Positions 27,611 to 40,929 of a stretch of DNA of 64,000 nt are shown one piece after another. Both the position numbers and the translations under genes were made by a program. This DNA is from Octopus sinensis (taxonomy: Eukaryota), in NCBI RefSeq assembly GCF_006345805.1, contig NC_043000.1, positions 130,820,001-130,884,000 on the forward strand. Reading direction: 5' to 3'. The notes below the pieces were generated by a model. The model did no database searches and was not told the DNA's origin. It was given only the letters and a program-made list of their open reading frames with translations. The number at the start of each line of letters is the position of its first letter. The stretch's first letter is position 1.

Positions 27611-28404
27611 GTTTATGCACTTATTTTGCAAATTTCCTGATGTGCACTCGTGTGTTGAAACAGATATTGTTATATTTCTTTTTCTTTCCAAATAAACACA
27701 TGCACTGTGTATTCGTGCTTCACTTGTTTATTTTTGTTCTTATTTTATCTCTAATGTCTGGAAATCTTTCGTCACACATCCTATTCAGCGACTCTCCATC
27801 CCGTGTGTTTCCTCTTCTTCAGTTTAGTTCACGTATATTTGGCAAGAAAAACTACTAGCCGGAACATAACACTGAGTGTTTGTGTATGTGTGTGTACGAG
27901 TGTATGTGTGTGTGAGCGTGCGTGTGTGCGTATGTGTGTGTGTGCGTGTGTGTGTGTGTGTGCATACATATATGCATAAACATATTAATTATTTATGAGA
28001 AAATCAGTATTAATACCCAAACGTATCTTCATATCCCACTGCACATGAAAGGGATGTTAACAATTACCCCTGAGAAACCTGTTCATATAAGCGCTTGGTT
28101 CGTAGCTCGTAGCCGACGAAATACGTCGCTCTCGGGCGTTGCAAACCCATCTCACGTGGTTTTTGGTCTATTGTACCTCCTCAGTGGGAAGCACTCGTCG
28201 CCACATATCAGCTAAATCTCAGTGCTATGATATTCATATCATCATCTTTTCAGACGCAGATGTCGCAAACAGCCAACAAGTTTAATGAAAATAATTATTA
28301 GCGGCTGAAGCAGTACTAATACTATTAGGTATAGTTTATATCCAACTTAACCAGGATGCCTTGTTAGAACACACAATACTGCGTTATTAGACTTGAGAGA
28401 CCGC

Positions 28405-28455
<51 letters not shown>

Positions 28456-28459
28456 TATA

Positions 28460-28506
<47 letters not shown>

Positions 28507-28832
28507 GCGAGAGACAGAGAGAAAGAGAGAGGAAGAGGTTACAGTTTGGTGAATGTCTGAATTTACAAAAGGAGAAAATTATATCAATACATATATCAGA
28601 GTGTATATATTATATTTTATTAGAATCTGGCACTCCTCGAATTGTAATTTTATGTTCCACCTTTCAAATTGTTTATACATAAGTACATATATTTTCATGT
28701 ATACATTCATAATACATACATAAGAACCATGTGTGTGCTCGCTTGTGTGATTGCGAGTGTGTGTGAGCTTACGTGCATTATATTATGTTTGCGATACTCA
28801 GAGGTTACGACACTGAACCACTATTCTGTTCC

Positions 28833-29570
28833 CACTACACACACATGCACGCACGCACACAAGTCATTCCGACTCATATATGAGACAAGGATTTGACAAT
28901 TTCCAACTACCAAATTCATCCGCAAGGTATTAGATGATCCGAGACTATAGTAAAAGTCACTTACTCAAACCTATATAATACATACATGCATGCACACATA
29001 CATATATACATATGTACACACACACACACACACAAACACACACTCAGACACAAACATATAACATATACAACGTGTCCTCATCCAAGATGGAAACGTGTAC
29101 CAATGTTCCCATGTAGCAAGCTTGACAATTGTTTCAGTCCACATAAAACTATTGGTAGCCTTGTTAACCATTAAATAAAGTATATACATACATACATACA
29201 TACATACATACATCTGTGTGTGGGTGTGTGTACTTTATTTAATGGTTAACAAGGCTACCAATAGTTTTATTTGGAGTGAAATCTGTCAACAATTATCAAG
29301 CTTGCCACATAGGAACATTGGTACTCGTTTCCATCTTGGATGTGGACACGTTGCATATGTTGTATGTTTATGTGTGTCTGTGTGTCTCTGTGTGTGTGTA
29401 CATATGTATGCATGCATGTATGTATTATGTAGGCTTGAGTAAGTGACTTCTACTATAGTCTCGGATCAACCAATACCTTGCGGATGAATTTGGTAGTTGG
29501 AAATTGTCAAATCCTTGTCTTATATATGAGTCGGAATGACTTGTGTGCGTGCCTGCATGTGTGTGTAGTG
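28833..29570. repeat. Long inverted repeat (fold-back), ~345-bp arms with a 48-bp spacer
   Basis: 28833-29182 is the reverse complement of 29231-29570 at roughly 90% identity by eye. Confidence 0.95.
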
Positions 29571-30242
29571 TGGAGAACAGTGGAAGATACCGAGAGAATA
29601 AAAGAACTGAATAGGAGTTACTATCATGCCGTCAATTAAAGAGGAAAATGGATTGATATTGTCTTGCGTAGCAACAGGCGCTTTAGAGAAATAAGTAATG
29701 CAGTTTCAATCAAAGATTAATCTTTCTATATTTTCTAACATTGGTAAAGCAATTGAAAAGACAAGACCGTCACACTTGTCATTTCGTTGCTTTTTTAATT
29801 ATACGGCCTTTGAGCCTTATCAAAAACCAATTAACATCACATGTGCACCTTTATTTCGAAATTGTTCTGCCTACAATTTTTCCAATAAATGAAGATTTAT
29901 GTCTTGTTTAATTTTTTTTTCTGTTCGTCTTATGGCATGCCATGATTGTACTTTCACTTTCATATCATATATTAAAAGACGGTATCTGGCAAAGGAATCG
30001 TGTAGCAACCACGTCATTTCAGTAAATATATATAAATTTATAATATGTATCCCTGGGAGACAAACCTCATATTAATTTAAATATTAAATGAAACAGCCTT
30101 TTTATTATTAAAAATCAAAAAAAAAAAGAACCGTTCAGCAGTTTCATAACTTCGGTTTATACCTAACTTTACAATATTTATCCCTGGGAGATGAATCACT
30201 CTTTGATTGTAATAATTTCATTTTAATATTTAGTTTAATAGT

Positions 30243-30440
30243 AAGACAGCAAACTGGTAGAATCGATAGCACGCCGGGCAAAATGCTTATCGTCTCCCTT
30301 TACGTCCTGAGTTCAAATTCCGCCGAGGTCGATGTTTGCCTTTCATCTTTTCGGGATTAATGAAATAAGTACCATTTAAGTACTGAGGTCGATGTAACTG
30401 GCAGGACCGGTCCACGGAGTTGCTGGCCTTGTGCCAATAT
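30243..30440 (+). mobile_element. SINE-B, older, tail variant 1
   Basis: GAGTTCAAATTCCGCCGAGGTCG...CCTTTCATC...AATAAGTACC. Confidence 0.8.
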
Positions 30441-31416
30441 TTACTTTAACAGTCTTTTATATTGTTCTGAAATATTTATATTTTTCAGAACAATATATTT
30501 ATATTCCGTGACGGGAATTGTGTTTTTGAACTCGTTTGATTTCCATTCCTATCAATAAACTCGTTTAATTATCTCCAGTCTCTTCGTTCTATTCCGTAAG
30601 GCTTCGTAAACAAAAATTTTGTTTTCTTCCTGAATATGAAAAACGATGTAGTGAGGAAGAGACATCGACCTTCTCAACTAAGCGAGTCGAATGTTTTGCA
30701 TTAACTATCAACAAATGCCAAGGACAGTTGCCGGAGAATTTTTAACTTCGAATGTTTACTTTGCCGACTGATACATAAAGGTTGTTTTCTGACGAGATAA
30801 TCACGTTAAATTGGTATCGTGAGACAAAACTACTTTTCTTCATTTTTTAATAAAAAAAAAAACAAAAGTTACAGAATTTTATATTAACTAATCTCATGAA
30901 GAAATTTGTATGCTACATTCAATTAGTATTTTTTTATCATTTGTGCTTTGTTTCTTATCTGGAAAAAACTAAATAAATTGAATTTACTATAGACGAACGT
31001 ACTGAGTCAACTAGGTGTAATCAACAAGTAAGGTGAAGATCGATCTAATAAATAATATCTATGGTGTGCAATAGTAGAGCTGATTTGCTTTTGATTCGCA
31101 TTTGAAGATTATTTAGTTTCGTCAGGCTACTTATATCATTTGGAAATGCATGAACCTCACAACATTCAAGTTCAATGGCACTAAAAGTGTAGACTTTATA
31201 TGACTAGACAAATACAAACAATAACTAGTATATTATCTCAACGATTTCTTAAATATTGATTCCTTAATTTTCAAAAACGCCTCAGTGTTATAAAGAACAG
31301 TTCAAACGAGAATGATTTCTCCTAAATCAATTCCTGAGGACAGTCGGCACATAAGTGAAATAGACTGATATCGCTTTAAAATCGAAACTCGGTCTGGAAC
31401 TCGACTCCTTATAATA

Positions 31417-31944
31417 TTGGGTTGTCCGGAAAGTTCGTGCCGATTTTTAAAGAAAGAAAAAGGTCATTAAATACTTGCCATTACATTTTTAATCAACCAA
31501 ATATGAACCATTTTGTTGCACAATGCGTCTTCATCTTTCCTTTAACTTGAAAATACCCTCTTCCCAGAATTTAGGTGGTTTCATGGCAAAGAATTCACCA
31601 AGGTATATTTTTACGTCATCGAAGGAATTTAAATTTTTACCATTAAGACTATTCTGCAGAGACCTGAATAAGTGGAAATCCGAAGGAGCAATATCTGGTG
31701 AATATGGAGGGTGGGGCAGCGCATCCCAGCCGAGCTGCAGCAATTTTTATCTGGTTCCCAAAACATCAAGTGCCGAAAATTAACACAGGTTATAGGAACA
31801 TAAACCTTCTTCCACGAAAAGATAGCTTAAACTGTGCTCTAAATAGACGTGTAGTCAAATCTTATTTTATGGACTCAACCATGTTCTAAAATAAGTCAAA
31901 AGGTAAGCTACTATAAATCGGCACAAACTTTATGGACGACCCAA
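31417..31944 (-). mobile_element. Internally deleted mariner (Tc1/mariner) element
   Basis: TIRs TTGGGTTGTCCGGAAAGTTCGTGCCGATTT, TA on both sides; transposase C-terminus HPPYSPDIAPSDFHLF. Confidence 0.95.
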
Positions 31945-32459
31945 TACAAAGGTATTTACCTTGTCTGACTTTTTTCATTACTTTGCTAATATTTATAGGG
32001 GATTTAATCTGTCACCAGCAAATTACTGATAGATATTTTAACGTTTTTGAGGGGTTAAAAGGCGACAATTATTTCTGCAAGTATGTCTCTTCATCTTTAA
32101 GAAGCAACTTAAATGCAGTCAGGTATTTAGCATAGCCCTCTGTATGGTAAACTATTTCCACTTTGCCTCAGCTCTTAAATATTAATTTCTCCTAAGCACA
32201 AATCTATAGGAATGAAAGAATAAACTAAAATCGATTTTTGTATTGCATGGCATATTCAGAGAAGACAGGCAGCGATCATGACCATCTTGGGGAACTTTTC
32301 AGAGTGGTTGGGAAAATGATGGATAATACAATACAGTATATCCTCAAACCAGAATCTTGGATTGAATGCTTGCAACAGAACGCTTCGCAAAAGTTAACTA
32401 AAGGTTGCGTGATGGTGTCAAATTGAGCAACAAATTAAGTATATTAACCAACCAACAAC

Positions 32460-32620
32460 ATGTCTAGGCCATCAGACGAGCTTCAGCTTTTCTCAATCAA
32501 ATTTCATAAAAGATTATTGACTCAATACGAAGCTATAGTATAAAAGTATGCTCACGATTCCAGGCAGTTTGATCAAACACCAGACAATGTGGTTGGTTTA
32601 AAAGCAAACCAGTAAGCTAT
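32460..32620 (-). mobile_element. Very old SINE-A-like remnant
   Basis: Degenerate ...GAAGCTATAGTA...ATGTGGTTGGT. Confidence 0.4.
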
Positions 32621-33106
32621 AGGTATGACTGTAGTCAATTAAGTAGGATCACTCACAACATAACTGATACTTATTTCTTGGTTCTCTAAGTTTGTATGTT
32701 AAAGTCGACTTCAGCAACGCTCAACCGAAAAGTATGACATCATAATATCCCATAAACCAATCCCTAAGAATATATATGATTATGTGCATAGTCAAAATAA
32801 AACTCACATTCTCTACATGTTTACATGAATTGTAATATCCATATAGTTAAGAGCATTGTCATTGAAAAAACTAAACACAGTATCTGCTTTTGAAATTGTT
32901 GTGGTTGCTATTTACAGCTGTTTTCATTAAAAGTAGTCTTGAAAGAAAATATATGGGAAAAATTTCAATGGAATTTTATCTCTTCACTAAATTATTGCAT
33001 TTCTTTAAAGTTGCATTAAGTTCTGCATACATCATTATCATCGTTCTTTTTCTGTTCAAATCTGGGGTGGAGTGTTGCTTTTCAATATTCTAACATTGAT
33101 GAAATA

Positions 33107-33507
33107 CTCTTTTACTTGTTTCAGTCACTTGACTGCGGCCATGCTGGAGCACCGCTTTTAGTCGCGCAAATCGACCCCAGGACTTATTCTTTGTAAGCCT
33201 AGTACTTATTCTATCGGTCTCTTTCCCCGAACCGCTAAGTTACGGGGACGCAAACACACCAGCATCGGTTGTCAAGCGATGTTGGAGGGGACAAACACAG
33301 ACACACAAACTTATACACACACACACATATATATATATATATAATATATATATATATATATACGACAGGCTTCTTTCAGTTTCCGTCTACCAAATCCACT
33401 CACAAGGCTTTGGTCAGCTCGAAGCTATAGTAGAAGACACTTTGCCCAAGGTGCCACGCAGTGGGACTGAACCCGGAACCATGTGGTTGGTAAGCAGGCT
33501 ACTTACC
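33107..33507 (-). mobile_element. SINE-A, older subfamily
   Basis: Carries the older diagnostic bases (CAAGCGATGTTG, AAGGCTTT, TAGTAG, AAGGTGCC). Confidence 0.92.
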
Positions 33508-33960
33508 AATTTGATTAAACTAATGTGGGGGCCTCAACGCGGTGCTCGAGCATCAAGAAATTGCCACATTATCTTTAAATCACTTCTCGCTGCATTAAAA
33601 AGAAAAACATTGCATTTGATCATTTGATCTTGGTATAAGCTGGGATACTGCCTTTATAGTTTTGTCCATTATTCCACCATATTTCTGACGACTCGTTTTT
33701 TATAGAGATAGCAGGAAAATTTCCCTCATATCACACTACCCTACACCATTTAGTAGAAGAAAGTATACATTGAATAATATGGTGCTAGAAAGTCGAAATG
33801 GCCATGACTGGAACGTCTTTGATCATATGTCTGCTCAGTCGGGGTTTAAAGAGACTATACCACTGTTTTATAGATTCCTCATATAACCAAATGATGCTGA
33901 ATAATGTCCCCACTATAGAAATATAACTAAAGTGATTGGGCTGAATCCAATAGCTGAAAG

Positions 33961-34303
33961 ATGTTGTGTTCTCTAGTCACAAGAATTTCAGATCTCGTTC
34001 TATTGATGTTGTTCCTGATATTTTCGTTTTCTTTAATTCCTCACAAAACCTTGTATTGTCAAGGAAATCGATAAAAGCAAAGTGGAGTACATCTCCCATG
34101 GTATTAGTGACGTATACTGAGTGTCGACTTTACCTGAAAAATATGTAACTTTTATCACATTTTTTTTGTAAATCAGTGAAGGGACAAATGACCCAGTTCA
34201 CCTTGTGATAAATATGTACCAAAACGTAGGTGCATGTCACCCATGTCAAAGGTGGAAGTACTGTGCAATCCCTCACTGTTGTTTCTTAAGCTTATATTGT
34301 TAA
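33961..34303 (+). CDS. Speculative two-exon 72-aa peptide with a hydrophobic N-terminus and a 6-Cys C-terminus
   Basis: 33961-34052 plus 34177-34303; strong acceptor TTTTTTTTGTAAATCAG but weak donor GTATTG. Confidence 0.15.
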
Positions 34304-34502
34304 CTTCAAGTGTCCTTCTCGAAGCTTGTATATGACTACAGGGACCCGTTTCGGTAGGTGGTTCGAGAAAGAGATCTCCATTCATCTCTGTTATCCTCTA
34401 GTTTGCAACATCCATACATTAAACTCACCAATTATAAGTAATTATCAGCGAACGGATTTCTTATAGTACTACTATAGATTCAAAGTCATGCAATATTTAC
34501 TG

Positions 34503-34534
<32 letters not shown>

Positions 34535-36444
34535 CAAACAGACAGAGCAAGAGAGAGAGATAGAGGTTCAAACAGGTCCCGCGGATATGTCACGATTTCA
34601 GTTAACCAAAATCATTTTCTCCTTTTTTCTTTTTTTTTTCTTTTTCATAACATTTGAGCCCTCACTCTGATAAATATTCAAGTTATTGAGTAGGTAAAAA
34701 TGTATAGCAGTAATTATCTTCGGTCCTATATTTTCGTGTTCTAATCATGCTTGTGGTTCCCTTTGCATTTCATCCCAGCTGCGTAATAAATAATTACCAT
34801 TAACTATACACCCGTCTCTTATGAAATTTGATCTTAAAATCTACTGCAAAAAGATTGCAATTAAACATCATTATAAACGGCAAGTCAAGTAGAAAGCTAA
34901 TTATGATGGAAGTCGAAGGAGTGTCCATGACCATATTATAATACCAATATATATAAGGCAACAAGAAACCTCAACAGGATCGCTTAACCCGCTAGAAATA
35001 GCAACTATGTCTCTCTCAAATTACTACCTTCTCTCTTCACAAAGAAACAGCATGTAATCCTCTGCCTGATAATAAAATACGTTATTGTCACAGCTGGAAT
35101 GTTTTAAGTACAGAACAGCCCGATTAGAGTTGAGCTGGCGCTAAACAAATATAACCACCATGTTTGTACGGTTTCTCTTTTCGAGAATACAGGGAAATCA
35201 ATGAACACATAAATATTGACTAGTTCAAGCACCTTTTGTGTTAATGACTTGCACAGTCTGTAGAAAATACGTTTTGACAAGCAATAATTTGAAAATAATC
35301 TATTTAATAGATCTTTAGATCTTTATCCGACAGATTTAAGAAAGATATACTTGGAAATCTTCCAGCGTGTTAAATAAAAACAATGGAAGAATGTAATATT
35401 TGTTCAAACAACAAGAAACAATAATCATTTATAGAAAGGAAAAAATGTTCTCCGGCAAAGTGACGTAGTTTCCATTCCCAAAAGACTCAACGCAGTAAGT
35501 GTAGTACACTGGCTACAACTAGAAACCGAAACGACAACACTGGTTAAACGACGCTCATCTACTTAATCAAATATTGATCTGATTTCTGTAGGTGGTTAAG
35601 TTCCAAGGGGAGGAAACGGTAAAGTTGTGGCAATCATGCCTTCTTCAAAGGTTGTTTATTTTGATAACACTTAACGTTGGAATATCCGCGAGAAATAAGT
35701 CACATCAGGTCGCTGAATTATTTCGCTCTCGTTTCGTGTCAAGTATGCACAGATACAGTTGCGCGAATAATATTGAGATTTCAGTTAAATTCGTTAATGT
35801 TTTTCTGTTTATTTTAACCTTTCGCAATGTTGTTTGAATTAACAAGAATTTTTTTTTTATCGTGTAGGTTCCTTATAGCTATATCCTTACTCTACAACTT
35901 TTGTTTAACGTTTTTGAAATATAACTAAATGTATTTCTTTCCAGGCATCTGACGATGGAGTGTGAAATGAAAAAAAAAGACGAACGAATTGATCTGACGA
36001 CTCAATAGTTAACTTCGTAACTACAGGGCTTTGGATTCCATTTTGCTCTGAATGGCTTTCTGTAAGTGATCCTAACATGCTTTCGAGTCGATCAATGCCC
36101 TATAAGTGAAACTAAATAGAGGGAAACAGCGTGGAAGCCAATCGAAGGAAACATGTTGTTGCTGCACAGTAGACATAATTCATGACACGGCTAAGTTTTG
36201 TCTCTTTACAGACTATTGTGGAGTTCAGTTTGTTGCAAGCATTTAGACGAGCGTTTCAGTCGGAGGGGAAATTTCGTCACTTACTAACGTACTTGAAAAC
36301 CCTAAAAAGAGTTATCTGTGCAGTAGTTCCGTCGCTAATCAAACTTTGACAATACAAAAAGATACGAAACTAGAAGTACTGCGTCAAAACCAAGTGATCT
36401 CGCTATCATGTATTTTTCACGTATGTTGGTGCAAGGAGGTAGGT

Positions 36445-36522
36445 ACAAATAGACAGACAGACAGACAGACAGACAGATAGATAGATAGATGGGTAGACCG
36501 ACAGACAGACAGACAGATAGAC

Positions 36523-36555
<33 letters not shown>

Positions 36556-36570
36556 TGCTTATATGTGTAT
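36445..36570. repeat. (GACA)/(GATA) microsatellite
   Basis: Seen directly. Confidence 0.9.
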
Positions 36571-36838
36571 GTATGTGCGCGTGTGCGTATGGGAGGGTTG
36601 ATATCAAATAGTAAAATTGGCAATACGTCTTGTATACATGCCAGAATAACTATATTACTTATTGAATGATATTGTCTCTACCTTATCATATAATCATTTC
36701 TAGTTGGCTTCTTCATGCGCTCTGTATTAGATAATGTAACACGAACCATATACGTATATGTGTGTTTGCATACACACACAGACAGACAGACAGACAGACA
36801 GACAGATAGATAGATAGATAGATAGATAGATAAATACA

Positions 36839-36871
<33 letters not shown>

Positions 36872-36888
36872 GCATACACACATATATA

Positions 36889-37258
36889 TCTCTCTATATA
36901 TAAACGGCAGTTTGTCTGTGTGTGTTTCTGTGTGTCTGTTAGGTTGTACCCTTACCCTGACCACGGCTTTCAACCGATTCTGATGAAACTTGACACACAC
37001 ATAGCCCAATGTCATAATTCAAAACTAACGCAGCGAAAATTTTGAAAAGTTCCCCCAGTTCTGAAAGAAATCGATAAATTCGACATGGGGTCGAGAATCA
37101 GAAACACAAACCACAGACTGTCTAGGGGACGCAACTAGACCTTTTTAACTAAAAAAAATTTACCATAATTTTTTTTCCATTTTTTGGCTATAACTCTCTA
37201 AAAATGCTTTATAGTTATTTCCCTTGCAAACCCGAGCAACGCCGGGCGATACTGCTAG
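36889..37258 (+). mobile_element. Non-autonomous Helitron
   Basis: TC start; ends CCCGAGCAACGCCGGGCGATACTGCTAG followed by T; near-identical to the reverse complement of 45566-45935. Confidence 0.9.
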
Positions 37259-37434
37259 TATACATATATATGTGCTTATATTTACATATGCATATACATA
37301 TATACACATATATACATAGATATATTCTTATATATACATACACACATACATGCATACATACATGCATATATACATACATACATATGGATATATATATATA
37401 TATATACATATGTGTGTGTATATATATACATATA

Positions 37435-37488
<54 letters not shown>

Positions 37489-37519
37489 TTCGCCATGATA
37501 TATTGGTAACCACTACACA

Positions 37520-37650
37520 TTTTTTCTCTCCTCGTTTCTTTCTGTGTTCCTTTTTCAATTCCCGAGAGTTATACTAATACATCTGTTTGTTTTCCACACC
37601 ACCTGTCTTCGTCCTTTGTTTTTTCGTGAATTCTCCCTATATACACACAC
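37520..37650 (+). mobile_element. PLE pseudo-LTR-like repeat (hammerhead part deleted)
   Basis: TTATACTAATACATCTGTTTGTTTT...GAATTCTCCCTA is the reverse complement of 40930-41010. Confidence 0.65.
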
Positions 37651-37779
37651 ATATGTGTCTGTGTGTATATATAAATATACAAAAGACAAAAAGAAGAAAT
37701 CAAACACTAAATAAATTTGGTGATTTGGTACCCAATTACCCCTATATTTTACTCCCACATTTTAAACCCTTTCCTGAAC

Positions 37780-39160
37780 AAAACCAGCAAGGACTCTCTT
37801 CCGGTTTCATTCGATGTAATAAACATCTACACTTCGATTCCTTACAAATACAGGATAGAAGCCATACAATTCTGACAAGAAAAATCCCAAATTATATTCC
37901 TGGCCAAATCGAAAAGAATTCATCATCGAAGGAATAAAATTCATCCTACAGAACGAGAACACGTACAGACAAAAGTCAGGCACTGCTATGGGAACAAGGG
38001 AAGCCCTTACTTTTGTTAATCTTTTCATGGCATACTTGGAAGTCTAAATATACGAGCACGTTAGACAGAAATTTCCAAAAATACTTACTCACCAACTGAA
38101 AGCACTACCTGGATGACTTTCATTCTGTGGTCGCATAACCTTGAGCAGCTCTTAGAATTTAAAAACTTAATGAATAGCATTAACTACATTATCCAATTTA
38201 CAATGGAATACAGCCACACATAGCTACTCTTCCTAGACATATTAATCATAAAACGAGATACTGAAATTGGAACCGACATCTACTTCAAAACAATATACCG
38301 TTCAAATAGCATGAAGAATTTTCACGATTGCATCAACTTCCAAAACTCGAGATGAACAACTCCAAAAACTTAAAAACATATTACAAGAAAAAAAATACCC
38401 GGCTACTTTAATCAGAAACGGAATAATACGTGCAAAAACGATAGACATCCAAGAGTAGTGGCAAACAAGAAAACCCTAGGACTCTTAAAGCTTTATCTTA
38501 CGTATCAACACACAATCTGAGGAACATAGAAGCATACAACATCATCCACCAAAACATACCCCTCTTTATGAATGACCTGCGACTGAAAAACCGACTGGAA
38601 ACACAGGATTATTAAAAGCAAGAGACAACCGCAAACCCTAAAAAGGTTACTCACCCGTGCCAAATTCCCTACCAAAGATACAACCTCATTAGTAAAAAAA
38701 ATGCAACCGCCCTAACTGCAGGACTTCTTTGCGGAGGGGATCAACATATTAATTTAAATCAGGTCAAACTTTTACCATCAAAAGTCACTTCACTTGTGCA
38801 TCGAAGAATTTAATCTATGCCCTCAAAAGTGGTGGGTGCCATGGAAACTACATAGATCAAACTAGTTTGACTTTGAGGGAGACTGACGGTACACAGATAA
38901 CAAATTCGGGACCCCACAGCCAGGAAAATTCCCGCAAGCAAACACCTAAACCAACGCCCCGCAAACATAAGCCCGAAATACCAAATATTTCCTGTCTATC
39001 AATGCACCAGGAAAAAATTCAGCCCAATTCCGATTGAATAAGGAAAGCATTCTCATTAAAAATAAAAACCACAGTTAAATCCTTTAGAAAGGAGGAAAAA
39101 CACTTAAGAAAAGAAAAGGCTCAATTTTTCCACAAAAGACAAGTAGATACAAAAGACATA
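37780..39160 (+). mobile_element. Decayed Penelope-like element ORF (RT plus GIY-YIG endonuclease)
   Basis: VSFDVINIYTSIP, YRQKSGTAMG, YLDD, IQFTMEYS..LLFLDI, then FTCASKNLIYALKSGGCHGNYIDQTSLTLR (GIY-YIG); many stops and frameshifts. Confidence 0.88.
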
Positions 39161-39647
39161 ATTCGAAAACTTTAGTAACAGACTCCTCGGGTTTCGAAAC
39201 CGTAACTCTCAATCACCATACAATAACACCATACAAACACCAGCTGATAACGTTACCTATCTCTAGACCAATGAAACTTACCTCCAATCAGAACAAACTG
39301 ACTGTTGAAGAGAATCAACCAACCGGAACGGTTGATGACCAGGCAGAAAGCTGAACTTTTGGTGATCCACATCTTTTAAATGCTTCGCCGATCATTTTTG
39401 ATATTGAATTTTGTGAACATTTAATCATCATTTTTGGTTTTATTGAATTTTGTGAACATTTAATCATTTAAACATGTTTTCCACTTCGTAATTTAATTTT
39501 TATTAAATCCCATACGTTTATAACACTGATAAAAAAATTGTTGAAAGTAGTCTGGTATGTATGTAAATAAATTTATTTAAAAGCAATTACAAGTTTTTTT
39601 TCCCAAATTCAGGTGCATTTTCAAATACAAATCCTCCTCTCTCTGTC

Positions 39648-39680
<33 letters not shown>

Positions 39681-39763
39681 CTGTCTGTCTGTCTCTCTCT
39701 GTGTCTGTCTGTCTCTGTGTGTGTGTGTATACACACACATATGCATACATATATATATATATA

Positions 39764-40010
39764 GGAACATGGCTCAGTAGTTAGGGCATCGGATTTAAGA
39801 TCGTGAGGTTGTGAGTTCGATTCCCGGACCGGGCTGCGTGTTGTGTTTTTGAGCACATTTTATTACACGTTGCTCCAGTTAACTCAGCTGTTGACATCAC
39901 TGCGGCATCACTGATGCCGAACTGTATTGGCCTTTGCCTTTCCCTTGGATAACATCGGTGGTGTGGAGAGGAGAGGCTGGGGTGCATGGCGACTGCTGGC
40001 CTTCCACAAA
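39764..40010 (+). mobile_element. SINE-D, 3'-truncated
   Basis: CATGGCTCAGTAGTTAGGGC...GAGTTCGATTCCCGGACCGGGCTG; aligns with 43284. Confidence 0.85.
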
Positions 40011-40202
40011 GAAGCAGCTAAGCCATAATCGAACTGTCCGATGATGGCTTAACTGACTGGAACTTCGAAGTCACTGAGAATACTATTCTTGCTAAAGAAT
40101 AATAAATTTATATTCTACTCAAATATGGAGTAAGCTTTCAGATTAATGAAAAAATATTATTATTATAATTCTAGAAACTAGAAATATCTATAAGAGATGA
40201 AA

Positions 40203-40694
40203 GAAGTAACTATACTGCGAAGTAAGGTTTATCGCCACTTCGGTATGACTGTTCTGTAGGAACCGACGTTACAACCGTTTTAACCCTAAGAGGAACCGCC
40301 TTCAGTTGGTTATCAATGCAGTCTACACCCGATATATATTGCAAGCAAGGGAGCGAACCCCTACCATCTTCGAGAAAACTACGAGACCACCAGACGGTTG
40401 CGAGTAATTTGTGCTCATCCCCAGTGGTGGACGTACGTCTGCTAGAGTTATCAGTAATCTGCCCCGGCTTTTAATATACAGAAAAATAAGTGACAATCAG
40501 TCACTGATCTTTGTGATCCCGTTCTCTGCTAGATGGGAGGGGGTCCTGCTTGCAATGTATATCGGATGCAGATTGCATCGATAACCAGCTTGATGAGGAT
40601 CCTCTTAGGGTTAAAACGGTTGTTAATGTCGGTTCGTATGGAACAGCAATGTTGTAGTGGCGATAAGCATTACTTCTCAGTACAGTAACTACTT
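40203..40694. repeat. Old inverted repeat, ~175-bp arms with a ~140-bp spacer
   Basis: 40203-40379 is the reverse complement of 40521-40694 at roughly 75-80%; core CAACCGTTTTAACCCTAAGAGGA is exact. Confidence 0.85.
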
Positions 40695-40929
40695 TAATTT
40701 CTTACAAAGATTTTCAACCTAATGTGCTTGTTGCAAGATCAATGACTGATTTTCCCAAAAAATTGTATTGTAACCCAGTCGGTGGATATGCTTCAATTGA
40801 CATACTAATAGACGTATACCCAAAGTCCAAACATATATATATATATATAAAATGTATAGATATGTAATGTATATATATATATAATGTATATATGTATACA
40901 AGTATATATATGTGTATATATATATTATA

